Positions 60,102 through 64,000 of a DNA stretch of 64,000 nt are shown here, one piece after another. Position 1 is the first letter of the stretch; each line of letters starts with the position of its first letter. The translations under genes and the position numbers were made by a program. Location of the stretch: contig NC_043014.1 of NCBI RefSeq assembly GCF_006345805.1, forward strand, positions 3,906,001 through 3,970,000, given 5' to 3'. The notes beneath the pieces are model-generated. The model worked only from the letters and a program-made list of their open reading frames with translations, was not told the origin of the DNA and did not search any database. This DNA is from Octopus sinensis. Its lineage: Eukaryota.

Positions 60102-60935
60102 GCATACATACATACATACATACTTACATACATACATACATACCCCCATACATACATATATACATACATACCCCCCATACATACATATATACAAACATAC
60201 ACACATAATTAACTACATACATATATACATACACACACACATATATACATACATACACACATACATACACACATACATACATACAAACATACATACACAC
60301 ACACACATACATACATACATACATACATACACACATACATACTTTCATACTTACATATATACATGCATGCATACATACTTGGTGGCTGCTCCCTCGTCAT
60401 CGAGTAGGGCCATTGCACGAAGCTTCATCAATGTTGTTATCTTGCAATGCCTGTGCATGAAGATTTTTTTTATAGTGAGGAAAGGCTGTGCACTGTGTCA
60501 ATCCCAGTCACTAAGCAACAGCAGCCATAATCCGAAAAGAAGAACAAGTTAACATCATCGGTAACCACTGAACCGCAGGTTTTATATCGGAGTCATCCCA
60601 GTTACCTGAGTATCCTTCTCCTAGAAGGATGCCCTAACAAAGTCTAGGAGTCCTTCACTCCCAATGGTTTAACCGCGCGATCGGGTATTCAGTCCGATTA
60701 TTTCTATTTCCCCGCGCATGATACAGCCTTAACACATATATTGGATGGCCGTTCATTCTCAAGAGTTCCTCCGCTCTTTGACGGGTTTTGTTTTTCATCC
60801 CGCAGGGTGTCCAATAAACTCCCTCCTCACCAAGCAAGCTTAGTGTGGTTGCCGATTTGGTCGCCGACGACCCGACAATGCAACAGGTTGTACTGGGTTA
60901 CATGTTACCAGTAGCACACGAAAGTGACCTGACAT
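59420..60935. repeat. Local ~0.96-kb direct duplication upstream of gene 4
   Basis: cttggtggctgc..gaaagtgacctga block occurs at 59420 and again at 60378; single copy upstream of genes 2 and 3. Confidence 0.85.
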
Positions 60936-61475
60936 ACATACATGCTTACATACATACATACATGCATACATACATACATACATGCATACATACATGCATA
61001 ATACATACATACGTACATACATACATACATACATACATACATACATACATACATACATACATTCATGCATACATACATACATACATACATACATACATAC
61101 ATACATACATACATACATACATACATACATACATACATACAAAAATATCCTGTTCATGTTGTTGAAATTCCAATGAATGATACTTGGAACTAAGTTAGAA
61201 TCCGTGTCTCTTTCTGTTGGCCAGAAATATTCTATTAAAACCGAATAATGACTTTCATACATATTTTTAGCTAGTCATTATCACTAGCTTTGAATACTTT
61301 TCTTCTTGTTTTATAAATCATAGCAAAACATACAGGTACAGTGTCTCCCATTTGAAACTCAATTCGCAAGTGTACCTTCCGTATGGGCTGCATATGTACG
61401 ACGGAATTCCATAGTTATGATAAAATTTTCTTTGATGAAGCATATTAGACCCCTCAGATATAGTTTGACCACATT

Positions 61476-61511
<36 letters not shown>

Positions 61512-61522
61512 AAGGTATGTGT

Positions 61523-61578
<56 letters not shown>

Positions 61579-62801
61579 CACTCTCGGTTTGGCCCTCGAA
61601 ATAAGGTTAATTCGAAATAAGCTACAAAATAAATCTTACAGCCATGTCAGATTTCAACAAAGTCCCATAATTTTTCCTATTGTAATGGCGGGTTGCATAT
61701 GCAGCTGCGCATGCTCTGTACAGCTTAAACACATGGCGGTCGTTTTAACTGTCTAATTATGCCGCTGAATCAAAAGATGAATTTGAAGATCTACCAGCGT
61801 CCGTATTCTCTGCAATTGTTTACGATTTACAACCAGGAAAATATTTGTAATCTAGAGAAACGAATGCAGATTTACCTATCAGACTAATAATAGTGGGATA
61901 GTAAACATTAATAATCTTTAATCTTTATTGCAGCTTGATGTTGTTAACCGAAACCTTCGTTTATCTAACAAATATTCGACACACTCCAACATACTGTCAT
62001 GAATCCTATTGGATATAACGTGACGGTCACAACATCTCAGCCTTCTTACACACAGCATCCGTGCTTGCCCTGACTATATTTGCTCTCTTTACTCTAACTT
62101 TTATGGGTGTTGTATTCGTTTCGCATGAAATGTATTCAGCTTCTAGGATCCATCCTTTCTTCGAGTCTGGTATGTTTACGTAGATGAGTGAAAGAAATCG
62201 TCGTCTTTGATGATCTCTACTGCTGAAATGAGGCAATTTCTCTGGTTGATTTCATCTCTTATTCTTGTATATCAGCGTTTAGTATATGATGTGTATGTTG
62301 TGTTCTTCGAGTTTCATTTTGTATCTTATCTTGAAGAGAGGTGGGAATTTTGTGATATAGATTTAGGTTGGCAGGACCAATACTCATTTATACTGTCTTT
62401 TGAGGGATTGATCGTGTAAATTCCACATTCTCAGAAAGCTTAATTTGAACATTTTGTAATATTTCTAAAGTAGACGATAAATAGGTTTTATAAGATATGG
62501 GGTAGGAATAGAACGGAAAGCTTTCCTGATTAATAACGGCAAATAGAATGGATTGTGTGGAAGTATCTGGTTGTTGTTGAAAGAATCAGTTAAGTTCTGT
62601 GCTAAGTAATGTAGCGGTTCATGGCTCCTTGTCACAATCCGAGTTGTAATTTGAAAACCAAGATGTCTGAGATAGTAGCGTCGAGGATTAGATTTTCTAA
62701 GGCTGTGCATGAAAAGCTGATGTAATTCTATGGTGGTACTTTATTTGGGGTTTTGTTGAATCATGAGACAGAAGACAAAATACTGTTAAACAAAATAACA
62801 T

Positions 62802-62807
62802 TTTATT
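62802..62807 (-). promoter_or_regulatory. AATAAA polyadenylation signal, gene 5
   Basis: Homologous position to gene 1. Confidence 0.55.
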
Positions 62808-63075
62808 TCAACGATAAGTTTGATAAACTGAAATCTTACAAAATGTTTTCTAGAATCATTTCGACAGATTTAGATTTTTCTTGTTTTTGAGGATATTTCT
62901 GGCATTCTACGTCGCCTCTTTTGTATTGTTTGAATATCTTCTGTAAACTAGTACAACAGTTTATTGTAACGATAGACATACTTTAAAGAAAATATTAGGT
63001 AAAACAATTAAAATTTTATGTTATTTATTGTAATTCACAGACATATTTTCATATGGAACCGAATTTAATTTCTGT

Positions 63076-63572
63076 TCAATATTTACTGCAAACAACGCAG
63101 GTTAATTCTTGGCCATTGACATACGGTGGACATGGCCACGAACCACAAGCAGCCTGAACGAAATATAATAGAGCTCCATTTTCGTTTCTGTAACCAGCTG
63201 GATCAGCTTCTGGTGCATAATCCACACACACATATTCATGTCTGCCCTTATGAGCATAATGTTCTGCCATCAAATATCCTGAATATTCAGCTGTCCAACC
63301 AGCGTAACACTGTGTCCTGGCTGGTAACATCATAACAACAGCAGGTTGTAGTGTCAAACAGACAGCGCACGGAACGTTGTGATCATGAAGTGATTTAGCG
63401 TTAGCAAAAGAAAAGAGTTTATTCGAGTTGTGGGATATTTCATATTCACTGCCATAAATGTAACCACCTTTTTCAACTTCTGTAGTATAATTGGCCCAAA
63501 TGGGATCGTTAGGTAAACACAACAGATTGCTTCCGCCACCAGTATGGGTTTGATGTTGTCCACCAACCACAC
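63076..63572 (-). CDS. Gene 5 (partial): terminal exon 4 of a fifth paralog; upstream exons lie beyond the window
   Basis: ctag|GT acceptor, 164-aa open frame VVGGQ..CSKY*, 9 conserved Cys, homologous 3'UTR. Confidence 0.85.
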
Positions 63573-63764
63573 CTAGAATTGGTAAGAATATATCAAGTAA
63601 AAAAGATATTAAGCAAAATAACGGAAATATTCATTACAATTTGACCCTTAAAAGGAGTCATGTTTAGTCGCGTGTGAACGAATTGTGGTGTATGTGTTAG
63701 TGCTTATGTGAGTGTAAGCAGTGTTGCTGTATGCATGAAATCCTAGATGTGCATTTGCATTCTC

Positions 63765-63816
<52 letters not shown>

Positions 63817-64000
63817 AGTAAGCAAGAAGGATATCCAGAGATAATGCAGTACGATTGTTTCATGCAACTCCATTTAATTGAACAATTCAATCATTGCATT
63901 AATTTAAAATATAGAGGAATCTTCAGCTGCACAAATACATAGAATTTAATTAAATTAAAACAGATTGAGACATTAGTATAATTATACCTAAAATCTCCAA

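Overview
AT-rich, microsatellite-saturated animal genomic DNA. The SINE types and (AT)n/(CA)n/(TACA)n/(GATA)n density suggest a coleoid cephalopod, probably Octopus (inference). The window is a head-to-tail tandem array (period about 14-17 kb) of five minus-strand paralogs of one 4-coding-exon gene, reconstructed by hand from GT-AG sites and compatible intron phases (0,1,1). The product is a ~256-aa protein: N-terminal signal anchor, short stalk, and a 10-Cys C-terminal domain of the 'short-chain collagen C4' / spongin short-chain-collagen-related (collagen IV NC1-like) family, with no Gly-X-Y helix. Genes 1 and 2 are intact. Gene 3 stays open through a compensated +1/-1 frameshift. Gene 4 has lost its last coding exon in a ~0.67-kb deletion. 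Gene 5 is cut by the window end. Exons 1-3 are almost invariant between paralogs, while exon 4 differs in discrete hypervariable patches, which suggests a diversifying ligand-recognition family. Introns carry Penelope-type hammerhead ribozyme motifs (two on the pre-mRNA strand), a 211-bp near-perfect inverted repeat, a young 5'-truncated CR1-group LINE, decayed RTE, Penelope and Helitron fragments, tRNA-derived SINEs and MITE-like hairpins.
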